A stretch of DNA of 62,888 nt, counting the filler, from Vannella sp. (taxonomy: Eukaryota): NCBI GenBank assembly GCA_023345925.1. It is 6 parts of 6 records of this genome, joined end to end, with 100 filler letters (N's around TTAATTAATTAA, not from the genome) between each part and the next. Parts side by side here need not be neighbours in the genome. Positions count along the whole stretch, not along the records: positions 1 to 15,936 come from JAJQQN010000236.1; positions 16,037 to 27,331 come from JAJQQN010000837.1; 4 more parts are not named here. One strand, 5' to 3'. The notes below the pieces were generated by a model, which worked only from the letters and a program-made list of their open reading frames with translations, was not told where the DNA came from and ran no database searches. A program made the translations under genes and the position numbers. Below, in pieces: positions 11,375-23,428 of this stretch (position 1 is the first letter of the stretch; each line of letters opens with the position of its first letter).

Positions 11375-14190
11375 CTAAAAGAAGTCCTCTTCTTCGAACT
11401 CGTCCGAATAGTCGTCAGAGAAGGAGCCGTCGTCGTCATCCGAGTCGACGGGAAGGAACTGGCCCATTTCGTCTTCGCATCGATTCATTGTCTCTCGAAG
11501 TTGGCGCCGCAGTTCGTCATACGAAGGTTCTTCCCGATGAATGCGGAGCGCCTTCCTTCTCTCGCGCACCGCCTTTCGGAATTTGACTCCGTGAGGGACA
11601 TTCTCCGAGTCCAAGGCGACTGTGAACCACTCTAACAGCTCCCTGCACTCTTTCAAGTGGCGCTGTAACTCGCTATCGCTTTGGGTGAGTATATAGGCAC
11701 TTTTGTCGAGTCACGTACGGGTCTGGGTTGTTGGAGGTAAGCTTTTCCACCTCTCGTGGTGTCTCAGCGGCGCCCCCATCCTCTCCTTCTTCCTCTTCTT
11801 TATCAGCTTCCTCCTCGTTGTTGGCCTCTTCTTCAGACTCGCCCTCCCGCTCTGTTGTATCTGAAAGTGCGTGAAACACTGGATGGAAGAGAAGAGCGTT
11901 GGCACTTGGCCTGGCCCAAGAAATGGGTTGGAAACACAAAGACAGGAAAGAGCGCATCGGCCAAGATAGGTTCTCTGGCAGGAGAATCCCGTTTTCGGCA
12001 ATCCTGAGAGCAGCGTCTAATGTAGGGAGCTGTCGGTAAGGAGGAGAACCTGTTAAAACTTCGAGGACTAAACAGCCAACCGCCCAGATGTCTGCCGGTG
12101 GCGTGGCTCGTTCATTGCGGATCAACTCAGGAGCCATCCAATAAGTCTCTTTAGAGAGAGGGCGCGGATAGCTCAAATCCAAAACGTCAATAAAGCCTTG
12201 CTCCCCCAATACCGCACTTTTGGTGGCCCTGTCCACCACCACATTGCTGGCACGAACGCGGCCGTGGGTAATCTCTCTGGAATGGAGTGACTGAAGTGCT
12301 TGGAGGACTTGGTGTAAGTAGGGAAGTATCTGAGCCTCTGTAAAAGCACCGAAACGTTCCACCATCTCCTCAAGGGACTCTCCAACCACATAGTTAGTCA
12401 CCACGTTAAAGTAGGAGGCCGTTCGGATAGCCCCTCTGTGTCCCAGAAGGCTGGGATGTTTGAGAGGAGCGAGTAAGTTGATCTTCTGGATGATTGCGTT
12501 GCGTTCAGCGGCAGTGAAAGCCTCCCTAGGATACTGTAGAATGGAGACCGTGTGCTTGAGGATAATGTGAGAAGCAGTATACTTGATTCCTCCATAAGCT
12601 GTTTTCCCCAGCTTGTCCTCAAGCACAAAGGCGCCGACTTGGTCCGAATAATCCTTTTCAACATCCGCCCTTTCGTGGTTCGAGGCAGATCGAGAAATCA
12701 GCTTCCGGATTGGAGAAGCGGTTGTCACTGGCTTCGCTATCGGGAGGGTCTCTGGTCGGCTCACTCGGACATAGCTCGAAGGAAAGTACCCAAATCGCCC
12801 ATGGAGGCTCCCAAACCACCACCCGGAGGATTTGGGCTTGTTCAAAAGCTCAATTTGGTCGCCAAGCGAGAAAGAAAGTTCTTTTTCGGAAGTTCCCACA
12901 AAATCTGCTCGCGCAAGGACCAATTCTGGCAGGAGAGGGGCGCCTTCTCCTTCAGTGATAGGTTCCTCTTCATGAAAGTCTGTGGAGATGGCAGTTGAGA
13001 GGTGTTTGCCTCGAGTGCGGCCAAATTGGGGAGAACCCTCCCATTCATCCTGTCAGCATTCTCTTAATGGCCACCTCTTGGCCTCTCTTGATGACATCCA
13101 TTCCACTGATTCCCAATAGCTTGGGATGGGCCACTCTAGGTGGAGGTACGGGCGCTGGTTTCTTGGCACCAGCCTTTGCTATCTGCTGGGAGGCTTCTAA
13201 CACCGAAGAGGAGTTGTCTGAAGGTGCTGTAGCTATGCTAATGAGAGTGACCCAATCTGTTCGGTCCTCCTCAGACTCTGCACCAAGAAGGAAGGTTTTC
13301 CTTCGCACCTTTGCGGAGAACCAAAAGAGTCCAGCTTCCCCTTTGCCCATCTGCAAGCTTGAGATCTGCCTGGTGATGATCTCTCCCAGAGGTTTCTGGC
13401 TCTATATCACCTGCTATTAGAGGGGAAAGTCGAGAATCACACGGAACGCACCCCAGCGGACGCGTAAAAGGTCAGATTTGAGGCTCGCAAGGCCGCCCAG
13501 TACTTCTTGCTCTTCAAGCCACTCATGCGCAGTAAAGGTCCTGCTTTAAGGACGTGTTGCTCCTGTAAAAGGCGCTCCTGCTCGAGAGTGGGGCCCATTC
13601 CTGAAGAAAATGACTTGTCAGAGTGGTGGCCCAGCCCCGCACGCCAACGGAGAGCTGATATGACTGATCCTGAACGATCTCGTTCATTCTCCGTCTCATT
13701 CATAGCCTCAGAGTGGAGGTGAGGGCGGTGCATCTCCGGGAGTTTCTCTCGAAGCCTCTCGCGGGCCACCTTGTCCTTGGACTTGTTGGCGTGTCCAAAC
13801 CGTTTGATTCGGCTTCCGCCTTGTATGAGGTCAGAATGACCTCTCATGGAGGAGGAGGAGAAGGAGGCCTCCTACGTACTTTGAGCCTCTACGGCGGGCA
13901 CAGGCGCTTCGACGGCTGTGTATGCCACTTCCGTAATAGGTTTGGCGTAAAGGCATGGGAACCAACCTAGAAATGTGGTCATGTGAGCTTGCTGCGCTTG
14001 TTGTCACCCAACCAGGCGCACCTTCCTTCCCATTCAGCATCCCAAAGTAGCGGAAGCGCTCCTGGTCCGTCTTTGTCACATGGATGAGCACTCCCTTCTT
14101 AAAAGAGATCTCCTCCTTCTGTTTCGACTTGTAACTGGTCACCGAACGGACCACAAAGCTCGCCTCGCTGGAGCCGCTCTCCTGCTCCAT
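11375..14190 (-). CDS. SH3-PH-SH3-STE(Cdc15/SepA-like) pseudokinase, spliced
   Basis: SH3 (YKSKQKEEISFKKG), PH (LKAGPL...KKYWAAL...LGAESEEDRTDWV), SH3 (ELSFSLGD...GWWFG...GYFPSSYV), kinase C-lobe YWMAPE/DIWAVGC; catalytic motifs degenerate. Confidence 0.8.
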
Positions 14191-14307
14191 CCCAGCACCG
14201 TTTGATAATGTCAAACGCATATCTGCTTGAATCATGTTGATGAATGAAGTCCAAGTGGGCTTGCAAATGGGAAGAGTCCATTTCCCCTTCGCCCTTGGCG
14301 GGCCGAC

Positions 14308-15374
14308 ATGTCTTTCCAACGCCTTCTCTCTCAGCAAGCTTCTGCTCCCGCAGCAGGACAAGACACACCAAAGGCTGATAATGCAGAGAAGGTCTACATC
14401 TCTTCCTTGGCGCTGCTGAAGATGCTGAAGCATGGTATGTTCGCTTTGCCCTTTCTTTCATGTTCTCCCTTTTGGGGGCTTCTCTTTGTCTCCAGACGCA
14501 CTAGTACTAACATGGGTGTGCCCTAGGAAGAGCTGGTGTACCAATGGAAGTGATGGGGCTGATGCTGGGCGAGTTTGTGGACGATTTTACCATCCGCGTG
14601 ATCGATGTGTTCGCCATGCCTCAGAGTGGAACTGGAGTCAGCGTGGAAGCCGTAGACCATGTCTTCCAAACAGACATGTTAGAGATGCTCCGCCAGACAG
14701 GGCGCCCAGAGATGGTGGTGGGCTGGTATCATTCGCATCCTGGCTTTGGTTGCTGGTTGTCGGGTGTGGATGTGAATACGCAGCAGAGCTTTGAGCAACT
14801 GAACCCTCGTGCTATCGCCGTTGTGGTGGATCCTATTCAAAGTGTTAAGGGCAAAGTGGTCATCGACGCCTTCCGATTGATTAACCCGCAAACCCTCATG
14901 CTGGGCCAAGAGCCCCGTCAGACCACTTCTAACATAGGACACCTCAACAAACCTTCCATTTCAGTATGAGAACCCTCCCCTTGAGTACTCCCCTCTCACC
15001 ATCCTCCATTGTAGGCCAAGATCCACGGCCTCGACCGCCATTACTACTCCATTGGCATCAGCTACCGCAAGAACGAGCTGGAGGAGAAGATGCTCCTCAA
15101 CTTGAACAAGAACAAGTGGACAGAGGGTCTCACTATGCAAGCTTTCGATCAACAAGAGCAGGAGAACCAAACCACCGTGGAGAGCCTCCTGACACTTACC
15201 AAAGGCTACCAGAAGATGGTGGAGGATGAGCAGACAATGACAGCAGAGCAGTTGGTTATTGCCAATGTTGGAAAGCTCAATGCCAAGAAGCACCTCGAGG
15301 ATGGAGTGGGCCAGCTCATGTCGCGCAATATCGTGCAAGAACTCGGTGCCATGGTCGACTCCATCGTCTTCTAA
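14308..15374 (+). CDS. PSMD14: 26S proteasome deubiquitinase Rpn11
   Basis: [33 protein letters not shown] motif [17 protein letters not shown]; two GT-AG introns. Confidence 0.97.
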
Positions 15375-15418
15375 GCCTTCCATATACTGTCACACGTAAA
15401 CAATAGCGATTTAGTGGG

Positions 15419-15936
15419 TCACCACCTGTCGTACGAGCGGTACAACCCCGAACGGGTCATCCTCACTTGGCTGGCGGGAGAGTTGGAAACCCGCTGGCGT
15501 TCCATTATAATCGAACCAGCCCGTCGAAAGGGGTGCGATTCAACGGTGGGTGAGCCTCCAGAAATGGGCGAATCACCTCCATTCTGGCGAGCTTGTTGGA
15601 CCTGCACGAGCATTTCCTTCAAGACAGGATCGTATCGCTCTCGGTCTGCTTCTGCCATCAAGGCGAGCAGTGCTTTGGAGTGGACTCGCACCCAGCGGAA
15701 GATCGCCTTCCATCGATTGACCAAGTTAACGGGGCTGCAATGGTTGATCCTCATCGGCAACGCGAACAGGTCGGCGGGTCCGCCCACTTGGGGTATCTGC
15801 GCAATGTGAGTTCTCAGAACATCAAGTGATAGAGACTTACGAGGATGTGACTGCAGAAGCTCTCAAACGCTTCTCGTTGAGCGATGAGAAACGAGTTGCA
15901 CGGCTGCATCCAGTCCACGTCGAAGGTGGAGCCGTT
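15419..15936 (-). CDS. RasGAP-domain protein, 3' fragment
   Basis: NGSTFDVDWMQPCNSFLIAQREAFESFCSHIL resembles the RasGAP C-terminal (A)N...F....M...N.F motif; an intron joins it to ORF 15419-15787. Confidence 0.55.
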
Positions 15937-16036
15937 NNNNNNNNNNNNNNNNNNNNNNNNNNNNNNNNNNNNNNNNNNNNTTAATTAATTAANNNNNNNN
16001 NNNNNNNNNNNNNNNNNNNNNNNNNNNNNNNNNNNN
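15937..16036. other. Artificial contig linker (N44-TTAATTAATTAA-N44)
   Basis: Six-frame stop linker flanked by Ns; identical at five sites. Confidence 0.98.
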
Positions 16037-16304
16037 CTGCCTTGAGGAAGGACACCCGCTTCCTCCTCTTCTTACTTTGCCAGGGCATGCCTATTGACTC
16101 TACGAACTACTTCCTTGAAACACCCCTTCATTGGGCAGTCAAGGAAGGTCACACAGAAACTGTCGCCCTGTTGATCTCTCGAGGCGCGAGAGTCGCCTCT
16201 CTCGACTCTGAAGGCAAATCTCCCAGACTTTGGCCTTAGAAGAAGGTCACACTCACCTTCTTCCCCTTCTCCCTTCATTTACCAAGAAGCCGAATCTTCT
16301 CTAG
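16037..16304 (+). CDS. Ankyrin-repeat protein, 3' fragment with an apparent 1-nt frameshift
   Basis: ETPLHWAVKEGH repeat; the next repeat GKSPR continues as LALEEGHTHLLPLL in the -1 frame at ~16230. Confidence 0.65.
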
Positions 16305-16917
16305 AACGCGCTAGGACCTAAATGGCTGTTTGTCAACCATGAGGACTTCCAGTCCTTCATTTTTCGATTAAAACTTATGAGTCTTGCGCCTTTGCCTTCA
16401 GCCAATGGAGTTGGGAGACAAGGACTGTTTAAGACTCACTTGACTGGAGACAGCAACCCCGCATCGTAATCAACTTAACAATGAACTTCCCACGTACTTT
16501 CGGGAGGACCGGACTCGTAACGCAAACCACTTTCATATCTCTTAGTTACCCCGTCAGTTTCCAATCCTTTCTCGCCAGTGATTGGCGATTGAATCACTCG
16601 AAGTGCAAGTCACTTTCGCCTACTCACTGTCAGTGTCAAGTTTAAATCATGTGATCGAAGCAAAGATTGTTATTGGTGGATTATTCTACCGAGAACTTGA
16701 AGTGAGAAATTCTTTACTTGTCCTTCATACGAAGATAGTGGTGAACTCGTTGTTCATTAACTTTAACACACTTGGTCATATGGACCCCCTTTCTACTTAT
16801 CGGTTGATATTCCGAAGATACTGATTTGTTCCTGCTAGCTAGTACATCATCGACTGTTGCTGCCAGTGTTCCCTCCAAACAAGCGGGCCTATCATCAAAA
16901 TAGCCTCATCAAAAAAA

Positions 16918-17920
16918 TTAAAAGTTGGGGACCATGGGATTCCTCCCCGTTAAGAACCATAACAATGGGGCATTAACTCGTTGAGCCCAAGAATCCACAT
17001 GGTGAGTGCCATTTTCAGCGGCGTGGATCATCAGCTCGGATATCGATTGTGAAAAAGAGATAGGCTCAGCTTCAGCCGTTTCAATATAAGAGAGCGAATT
17101 CTTCAAGAAAAAGTACAATTCTTTGGCTCTTTTCTCCACCAATGCCTCGATTATGCGATTCTCAATGGCATGGTCCCGGCTTAATCCCCAATCCAAGTAG
17201 ATGCGAGGTCTCACTGCACCAGATAGGAGTCCTTCCATAACTTCTCCCAAAAGACTGCTTCTAATGAGGTGCTCGAATCCCATCATTGGATCATGACAGT
17301 TGCTATCCATTCCAACCCAAAGCGAGGGAGACATACAAATACAGACTCCGAAATCCTGTGGAAACCGGGTCGCCATGTAAAAAGAAGCAAGTCCACCATG
17401 TGATGTACCCCAGATAGCATTGTTGCTGGGATCTCTGGAAGTATTGTAGTTTTCTTCTATCCAAGGCTTGAGCCTCTAGTTCTATTCGGTAAGTTGGAGT
17501 GCTTAAGAACGCTAAAGAAGCTCTACTCACGGAAGAAACCCACTTCGAGTAATGAATGAGTCCCCCTCCAACTCCCTCAACAAACTCCAGGTGGGTGTAC
17601 TCGTGGTCACGGTCTTCTCCTGCACAAATGGCTACCAAAACAGGTTGGACCACCGGTCGAGAGCTCACAAAGGTAGAAAGGGCATCTGCAAACTTCAAAG
17701 AGTTGTTTCCATCATGAGGGAAGAAGACGTCTTGCCCATCGTGAAAGAAAATAACCGGGCGGGGCTCGTGAGCAGTTTGGAGAGGGAGAAACACGTGAAT
17801 CTTCCGTGGACGATCGTCTCCGTCCAGCTGAAAGCGATCAAAGGTATGAAAGAAGCCACAATCATGCCCTTCTTCGTGATGCCAGCCGTGTTGGCCCCCA
17901 ACGTGGGTCTCCCAAGCCAT
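16918..17920 (-). CDS. Alpha/beta-hydrolase, putative esterase (IroE/Fes-like)
   Basis: RKIHVFLP, VIFFHDGQDVF, RDHEYT, nucleophile elbow WGTSHGG, MSPSLW, RIYLDWG, H..DSWAQR; intron 17476-17530. Confidence 0.8.
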
Positions 17921-17984
17921 CCAGAAAGTGCATTAAATGAGGTTCTCTATTGGAGAAAGGAATCAATGATTGATTTACGAGTCA

Positions 17985-18723
17985 TTAGAAAAGAGCTAAC
18001 AAAGCAAAAGAGGCGTAAATGAGAGCGGACGGGTAAACGATCAAAAGCATTTGGTCTTTGAGCCCAAGAGCGGATACAAACAGCAATGCAGCTGATTTGG
18101 AACACCATCCAACAGAGAGAGCCATCAGCAAGTACCCAAGAAGCCCTCGGAGTGGTAAGAGGACGCCAACCCCAGCTAAAAGTACAATTGGGAGGAGACA
18201 ATATCCCAGGATGGAGGCTGTTCTTCCCAGATCTATGCCAGAAGTGCTCATCAAGTTGAGGAGAGCGTACATAAACAAGCAGCCCATCACTCCCATACCG
18301 TAAATCGCTCCAAAATGGATTTTGCCAGCCTGTGGGGTGGAGGATGAGTCTCTGACGGACAAAGGACGATGAAGTCTACTCAACCATGAGAAGAAAGATG
18401 CCAAAGAGCATGCCAAACACGAGAGGGCCCGTCAGATCAGCATCTTGGAGGGTCGAAGAATCAGCTTCGAATCGAAGAGGGTTGAGGACGAGTATGGTCT
18501 TTGAAGAGATGTTTGTGAAGCTGATACCGAGCTCTAAGGAATAGAAGCTTAGTCTTTCAGTCAAGAAAAGCCCACAAGCCAACAAACCTTCGAGAAGGGG
18601 AACTTCGTCCTCGTAACGACCTGTCCAGACATTGATCCGTCCTCGATGAGCCGGATCAAGAGGAGCTGGTGCTGAATACAATTGACCTTGTGCCTCAAAG
18701 GAAGAAGGGAAGAACCCGTCCAT
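17985..18723 (-). CDS. YIP1: Yip1-domain protein (YIPF5/7-like)
   Basis: EDEVPLLE|ELGI, DADLTGPL, GKIHFGAIYG, SILGYCLLP, YPSALIYASFALL; two introns. Confidence 0.9.
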
Positions 18724-18864
18724 GATTGCGCAGACACGTGTCCAAGGTCCACCAAGAAATAACCGTTCTCATGCCCCACCACCAACTCGGCGAAGGGATT
18801 AAAGGCTAATTGAATGATGAAGCCATGTTCTGACACCTTTTCTTCTTCTTTTTCCTGGCTCGAG

Positions 18865-20644
18865 ATGGGAGGCCCCAGCCTCGACTCTTATGCTGACGTG
18901 GAAGGCTCCCAATCGAGCAGCTTGAAGATCTTCGATCCCACCAGCGGCTTCTTTAAAGCCTTCATCCTTTTGGGAGCGTGCTTCCTTACGTTTGGGAGCT
19001 ACTACTGCTACGACATCGTTGGTGCCCTCAGCCCCATCCTTCTCAACCCATTCTATGACATCAACAACACTCAAGAGTCACTCTTGTATGCTGTGTACTC
19101 GCTCCCCAACACAGTCTTGCCTTTCTTTGGAGGCATCATCGTTGACAAGTACCTCGGTGTCAAGTAAGCTCCCCTTTGGCATCTCTACGTCTGTAGCACC
19201 CTTCTGCGGGGTAGAGAACACATAGCTACACACTGCTGCTGACTTCTTTGATCAGATTTGGCGGCATTCTGTTTGGCGGCCTGGTCTTCCTCGGGCAGAC
19301 TCTTTGGGCAACAAGTGCCTTCTTCCCCACAAGTGGAGGCTTCTATCTTGCAGTGTTTGGTCGATTCGTGTTTGGGTGAGTCTCACATCACCGCTTGAAT
19401 CCATGAATCTCCCCTTCCACTCCCTCCTTCCCCCTCTTCCCTTCTGACGTCAACATCACTCCACAGGTTAGGAGGCGAGAGCTTGTCTGTCACACAAAGC
19501 GCTTACTGCGGAAAGTGGTTTGAGAAGAACCAGCTCGGGACAGCATTCGGGGTTACTCTAGCCTTTGCCCGCATTGTAAGCGGCCTTCGTCCTTTCCCCT
19601 CCCAAGCTTATTCATGAATCCCCTAGGGAAGTGCTATCAACTTCTTAATCACTCCTTACATGGGCAATGTCTCTGTCGGACTGGCCCTTTGGTTTGGAGT
19701 CCTCACGTGTTTCGTCTCTGTCCTTTTCTCCTTCCAATTGGCCTTCTGGGACTGGAGAGGTGACCGTGTCAAACCTCCATCAGAGACAGAAGAGGAATCA
19801 ATCAGGTTCCGGGATGTCCTTTCCTTCCCTTACACCATCTGGATGCTTATTGGTGTTTGTGTATTCTTTTACATTTCAGTTTTTGTCTGGTTGCAAAACG
19901 CAGTGTATGTTCCAACTCAACTCTGAGCAGAAAAGTGACTCACTCTCCTTTTAAGAGCCTTCTTCGTGGAGGATTATGGATTGGACAATAACCGCGCTGG
20001 ATTTATCGTCTCACTTCCTTACTTTGTTGCTGCATTTGCTGCGCCTACTTTTGGTTTGATCATCGATCGTGTCGGGTTCATTCTCATTTGGCGTACGGAG
20101 AATTCTTCACATCTTGCAATCCGAGTCACTCATCCTTCTTCGTTTAGTGTCCTTTGCTTGCTTCCTTAACTCTCTTTGCATGTTGAGTATGCTTTACCTT
20201 CAGTTCATTCCTCCAATTATCCCCATGATCTTTGTGGGTTTCGCCTACTCGATGGTTGCTGCCTCCCTTTGGCCGTGCATCCCTCTTATCGTCAAGAGTA
20301 ATGCCTTAGGAACTGCGTATGGATTGTTCTTTGCCATTCAAAACATTGGACTCTTCATTGGCCCACTCCTCATTGGACACATCACTTCTACTGGATACTA
20401 CACCACAATGATGCTCACATTTGCCGAGTGCGCTTTCCTTGCAGGAGCACTGACAGTTTCAGTTGCCGTATGCGATCTTCTCACCACTCGAAGTATCAAC
20501 ATTTCTGCGAAACAGATGCGTTTGCGAAATGAACTCCTCAACGCCACCAAGGAACAAGAGAAACTGGGGTTGGTCAACAAAACTGGAAGTGTCAACAATG
20601 TTGATGACTACGACAGATTCCATCTTCAAGATGATTACGATTAA
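18865..20644 (+). CDS. MFSD1: MFS transporter, MFSD1-like (multi-exon)
   Basis: FGSYYCYD, LYAVYSLPNTVLPFFGG, GRFVFG|LGGESL, SLWPCIPLIV...GTAYGLFFAIQNIG. Confidence 0.88.
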
Positions 20645-20870
20645 CATTCCTTTTCAAATAAAGGTTGACATAGCGTTACATCACAACACCCAAACGAAAG
20701 GAACCCCATTTCCAACCAATTCAAGGGGTCATGAGGCATGAGCAAAATCAAAGTCTCGTTTTTGGTTTTTTTGATCAAAACAAGAAGATGATCGATCAAA
20801 CAAGCACTTTGCTTCGGAGTTGCGAAAAATCAGCATTTTTCCGCCTTCCTGAGGACTTGGCCTCGCCACG

Positions 20871-22277
20871 ATGGGCAAGCCAAAGACTGCGCCACAACCT
20901 ACAACCAACAAGCATGTTGAGTATGAGTTCGGTGGCCCTATCGGTGCCTTCATGACGGTTGTCTCATTGCCCTTCGTCATCCTTGGTCTCTACTTCCTCT
21001 GCAACGGTGACTGCCTCCAGCTTTATCCATTGAACATCCCTGCTCTCCCCGATTGGTCAACAGTCGAGTGGTGGAACAATGAGGCCTTCATCGTCACTAT
21101 CCTGTGGTTTGCCTGGCTGATCGTGCTCTCATTCGTGGTTCCAGCCCCCTCCGCGCAAGGTGTCAAGCTCCCCAATGGAACCCACCTCTCTTACAAGCTC
21201 AATGGCTTCCGCTCCTTCATCGTCACGCTGGCTACCATCGCTGCACTCGAGTACTTGGGCCATATCCGCCTCAGCTTTGTTTTTGATCATTTCGTGGCTT
21301 TCATCTCCTCCGCAGTGTTGATTTCCTTCACGCTTTCCTTCTACCTTTACTTCACCTCCTTCATAGGCCAAAGGATTCTCGCTGCTGGTGGTGACACGGG
21401 CAATCCCTTTTACGACTTTTTCATTGGGCGTGAACTCAACCCCCGCATTGGCTCTTTCGATTTGAAAGTGTTTTGTGAGCTTCGGCCTGGTCTTATCGGT
21501 TGGGTGGTCATTGACTTGGCCATGGCAATGCACCAATACGAAACCTACGGAGCCGTTAGCAATGGGATGATCCTTGTGTGCCTCTTCCAGTCGTGGTACG
21601 TGGCTGACGCTCTTTGGTTTGAGAGAGCAATCCTCACTACAATGGATGTTACCACGGATGGCTTCGGATACATGTTGGCGTTTGGCGACCTTGCATGGGT
21701 GCCTTTCACTTACTCCATCCAGGCGCGCTACCTTGCCAGTGTCAACTTCTTCAACTGGGATCCTCTCGTCGTTGTAGCTATTGTTGTTCTCAAGATTGTA
21801 GGCTACTCAACTTTTCGAGGTTCCAATTCGCAAAAAGATCAATTCCGACGCAACCCCAACGATCCCAGTGTGAAAGGTAAGTATTTTATCATTGAATTGC
21901 TACAGCAGCCGATCATCTGAGATTGACTAACTCGTTTCAAGACCTCAAAACCTTGCCCACACAGCGAGGAACTCGTTTGATAATCAGTGGGTGGTGGGGA
22001 ATTGCCCGCCACATCAACTATGTTGGCGATTGGATTATGGCATGGTCTTGGTGCCTTCCCTGTGGTAAGTCTTGCTCTCACCAACGAGACTCCAGCTAAC
22101 TTTCCTCACCGAAAAGGATTCACCCACATTATACCCTTCTTCTATGTCATATACTTCGGCATCCTCTTAGTCCATCGAGACCTTCGCGATGAGCACAGCT
22201 GTCGCCTCAAGTATGGGAAAGACTGGGATAAGTACTGCAGTATTGTGCGTTACCGTTTCATTCCTTTCATTTACTAG
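20871..22277 (+). CDS. ERG24: Delta14-sterol reductase (ERG24/TM7SF2/LBR family)
   Basis: [64 protein letters not shown]; two 3' introns. Confidence 0.95.
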
Positions 22278-22377
22278 CAAAGCCGGCTCCTTTCCATTTT
22301 CCGTTTCCCTCAGATTTGCTTCAAAAACTAAACTGTCACTCAAACTGGTATTTTATGGCATTCCACGTTTACTTTTC

Positions 22378-22441
22378 CAAATGAATGGAAGAAAGCAACG
22401 GGAGAATACCAAATGAATGGAAGAAAGCAACGGGAGAATAC
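22378..22441. repeat. Perfect 32-bp tandem duplication in the intergenic region
   Basis: caaatgaatggaagaaagcaacgggagaatac occurs twice consecutively. Confidence 0.9.
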
Positions 22442-22544
22442 ATCGGAGTTACTCGACCAATCGAAACCGTTGGAAGGAAGGGCTGGAGGGTTCGCCTGAA
22501 GTCGGTCAGCTTGTCCTTTTCTTTTTGCCGGAGGTTGCACGGCC

Positions 22545-23225
22545 ATGCTTCATCGCTCCTATGGACTCGCACGAACTGTTGGACATTGCTATATGACCTG
22601 CCTTCAACGACGCCCTTTGGTCACCAAGTCCTTGACGTGCGCCTTCGTTCATGGAGCCGGTGACTTCGTTGCACAGAAGCTCGAACGGCGGCAACTTACC
22701 CACAATGGTGCTCACTCTTCTGCACACAATGAGCCCAACAACTGGGAGAGAACTGGTAGACTTACACTCATCGGCCTTCAATTTGGACCCATTCTCCACT
22801 ACGTGTATCAAGGCCTCTCTTTAGTACCAACATCACCAGGTCTCCGTGGTATCTTCCAAAAGGTCCTCATCCATCAAATCTTCTTTGCTCCTGTTTCTGT
22901 CGCTTGGTTCTTCGTCAGCTGCCGTATCCTCGAAGGCAAATCGTTGCCTGAAGTCAAAAACACGTTATCTACAGACTACATTGGATCCATGAAGGTGAAC
23001 TACTGCATGTGGCCGGTGGCCCTTGTGTTCGGTTTGAAGGTGAGCGTCAGCCCTCCCCAACAACCGCCTTCGTGGTGTGCTAACACGTATGCGTAGTTCA
23101 TTCCATTACATCTTCAAGTGATGTACTCCAATTTTGTAAGTTTGTTCTGGAACACTTTCCTCTCTCTGGTGGTGAACAAACGAGGAGATGAGGCCGCCCT
23201 TCCGCTTCTTGCAGTCAAGGCCTGA
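22545..23225 (+). CDS. Mpv17/PMP22 family protein
   Basis: RPLVTKSLT...GDFVAQ, KVLIHQIFFAP, NYCMWP, |FIPLHLQVMYSNFVSLFWNTFLS; one intron. Confidence 0.9.
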
Positions 23226-23428
23226 AGATTCCTCCGAGATAACAACTTTCCCTTTTGTCCCCGTTGGCGAGTGAAAAGAAAACTGCCAATTTCTTGTCGT
23301 CCTGCTTGGTGTTGCTCAACACCGCACGTGCGACTGTATCATTATTACGTAATATTAAGTGCAAAGCATCTTTATGATGAATGCGAACTAAAAGAGTTTA
23401 AAGGTTGAACTTGCTCACCAAAGGTTCT

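Noticed and set aside
15937..16036. TTAATTAATTAA palindrome repeated five times
   Set aside because: Always centred in a 100-nt N block; an artificial six-frame-stop linker.
22378..22441. 32-bp repeat as a CRISPR-like array
   Set aside because: Two abutting copies, no spacer, no cas genes, eukaryotic context.
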